DNA from: an uncultured Candidatus Saccharibacteria bacterium
Lineage (GTDB): Bacteria > Patescibacteriota > Minisyncoccia > Phycocordibacterales > CAIZLB01
Assembly: GCA_964450605.1 (NCBI GenBank)
Contig: CAYVEK010000001.1
Location: forward strand, 8,430 to 72,429
DNA length: 64,000 nucleotides
Direction of reading: 5' to 3'
In this document: one piece after another, positions 62,170 through 64,000 of the stretch
How positions within the stretch are numbered: the stretch's first letter is position 1
How the letters are laid out: each line of letters begins with the position of its first letter
Made by a program: the position numbers and the translations under genes
The notes under the pieces: model-generated
Seen by the model: the letters and a program-made list of their open reading frames with translations, nothing else
Databases searched by the model: none
What the model was told of the DNA's origin: nothing

Positions 62170-63249
62170 ATGTTTCAAAAGATTTTTCAGAAATTCATAC
62201 AAAGCAGAAAGGGTGGAAAAGCTGGTCCCGGCATCGGTATTGATCTTGGTACAACAAACACACTCGTATATATAGAAGATAGGGGTGTGGTTATCGACGA
62301 ACCATCAGTTGTTGCTTTAAATCAAAAAACAAATCAGGTGGTTGCTGTAGGAAATCAGGCTAAGATTATGCTCGGTAAAACTCCCGGACACATAGCTGCA
62401 ATACGGCCGCTGGTTGACGGTGTTATCTCTGACTTTGAAGTTACTGAAGAGATGCTTGCATATATATTAAGAAAGACTATGGAAGTTCTTAAAGCATCTT
62501 CGATACCTCGTGTTGTTATTGGTGTACCATTTGGAGTTACAAACGTGGAACGACGAGCTGTTCGTGATGCAGCTGCAAGTGCTGGAGCTAAAGAAATATA
62601 TATCATCGAAGAACCTATGGCTGCCGCTGTTGGAGTAGGTCTTCCTATAAAAGAAGCGCGAGGGAGTATGATTGTTGATATTGGTGGAGGTACTACAGAT
62701 ATCGCCGTGATATCTCTTGGAGGAATAGTTCGGGGTAAAAACTTAAAAGTAGCAGGTGATAGATTTAATACTGATATTATTTCGTATATTAGAAATGAAT
62801 TTAAACTTTTGATAGGAGAAAAAACTGCTGAGCAGATAAAGATAGAACTATCAAATGTAATGCCTGGAAACCCTCCTGCAGAAGCTGCTGTGCGTGGTCG
62901 TGATCTTGTAACTGGTTTGCCTAAAGAAATATTTGTAACAGAAGAAGATATACATGACGCGATACATTTATCAGCCGACTCATTGTTTGAAGCTGTTAAA
63001 GAAGTTCTTGAGTCAACTCCACCAGAGATACTTGCAGATATTATGACAAATGGTATTTATCTATCTGGAGGAGGTGCTTTGATCAAGAATCTCGATGCCG
63101 CATTTACGGAATATTTAGGTATCAAGGTTAAGGTTGCTCACGACCCTCTAACGGCTGTTGCTCGAGGTGCTGGTATGATCGCTGGCGATATGGATACATA
63201 TCGTGATTTAATAATAGAAAATGAAGATGAACTTCCTATCAGGCGTTAA
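62170..63249 (+). CDS. mreB: rod shape-determining protein MreB
   Basis: IDLGTTNT, EPSVV, EEPMAAAVG, DIGGGTTD, GGGAL. Confidence 0.96.
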   Translation: MFQKIFQKFIQSRKGGKAGPGIGIDLGTTNTLVYIEDRGVVIDEPSVVALNQKTNQVVAVGNQAKIMLGKTPGHIAAIRPLVDGVISDFEVTEEMLAYILRKTMEVLKASSIPRVVIGVPFGVTNVERRAVRDAAASAGAKEIYIIEEPMAAAVGVGLPIKEARGSMIVDIGGGTTDIAVISLGGIVRGKNLKVAGDRFNTDIISYIRNEFKLLIGEKTAEQIKIELSNVMPGNPPAEAAVRGRDLVTGLPKEIFVTEEDIHDAIHLSADSLFEAVKEVLESTPPEILADIMTNGIYLSGGGALIKNLDAAFTEYLGIKVKVAHDPLTAVARGAGMIAGDMDTYRDLIIENEDELPIRR

Positions 63250-64000
63250 ATCAAAATCAGTCTTAGGGCGAAAGCTTTCGAATCGATATTTATCGAGAGA
63301 TGCTTTTACATCTACAAATAGAGCAGGCGGTAGAGGTGTTAGACGATTGGGAAGTGTGTTCAAGACACGAAGGAGTCTGTTCGAGGTGAAGTTTACGGTA
63401 ATGAAAGTATTGCTGCTAGTTTTTGTTTTTATTTTACTTATTTATACAATACCAACATTTCGATATATGATTCATGGTCAACTTGTCCAATACATGTTAA
63501 CCGATGATCAAAAGGCTGTGTATGCCGAAAAACGAGAAGGTGAGTTTTTTGTCGCTCCAAAGTATGGAGCAACCGATGCTTTTATTATGAAGGTTGATGA
63601 AGCTTCGGTTTATGAAGGTAATGATATAGTTTCTGATGCACTTGAAGATTATCCAGTCGGTTCTCTTGTGAAAGATGGTGATTCAGTATATATAAAACTA
63701 TTTTCTGATCCAGAGTTTAAAAATAACTTTTTTATAAAAGTTAAAGAAAAAACTCAAAAGTCTATTGTTGCAGAAACAGAAAATGCATCTTCTTCACCTG
63801 CCACTACAACGGAGGTGGTGCAAGTTGAGCACACATCTTTTCAGTCAACTGTGTTCACAGGATCTGGTTATGGAGAGTTGGTGGCAAAATTGCCTCCACA
63901 AGAAGGAAACATTAAAGAAGGAGATTTGGTGTACGTACAAACTACACAGGGCTTAAAACCTTTTGCGGTTGTGAGTCGTATAACTGATGAAAATTCATCA
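63227..64000 (+). CDS. mreC: MreC-like protein (3' end outside window; start uncertain, 63221/63227/63401)
   Basis: Open frame to the window end with a TM segment, GSGYG and IKEGDLV; directly after mreB. Confidence 0.6.
   Translation, partial: MNFLSGVKSKSVLGRKLSNRYLSRDAFTSTNRAGGRGVRRLGSVFKTRRSLFEVKFTVMKVLLLVFVFILLIYTIPTFRYMIHGQLVQYMLTDDQKAVYAEKREGEFFVAPKYGATDAFIMKVDEASVYEGNDIVSDALEDYPVGSLVKDGDSVYIKLFSDPEFKNNFFIKVKEKTQKSIVAETENASSSPATTTEVVQVEHTSFQSTVFTGSGYGELVAKLPPQEGNIKEGDLVYVQTTQGLKPFAVVSRITDENSS

Overview
AT-rich bacterial chromosome segment using standard code 11 (TGA is used as a stop). It is most consistent with a CPR/Patescibacteria (Parcubacteria-like) genome: L30 is absent from the spc operon, housekeeping enzymes are trimmed, and many genes appear near-leaderless. 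The window holds the S10/spc ribosomal operon through secY-adk-map, tRNA-Leu(CAA), infC-rpmI-rplT with an L20-leader-like RNA, tyrS/thrS/hisS/pheST, tgt, miaA, dnaE, gyrB, a minimal type IV pilin/competence-like cluster, several large surface proteins, a sortase, rpsP-khpA and mreB plus a partial mreC. The most interesting unexplained items are: (1) an Lgt paralog plus a tetraether-synthase-like radical SAM gene next to two paralogous membrane proteins that each end in AIIGxGGC plus exactly 11 residues, a candidate C-terminal lipidation or lipopeptide system; (2) three tandem promoter-structured RNA-terminator units between tgt and dnaE; (3) a compact ~122-nt 6S-like RNA; (4) GC-rich stand-alone genes that carry boxA-like leaders, including a DGR-target-like gene and a protein with a Verrucomicrobia-like C-terminal domain. 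All calls are by eye from motifs; no database searches were run.
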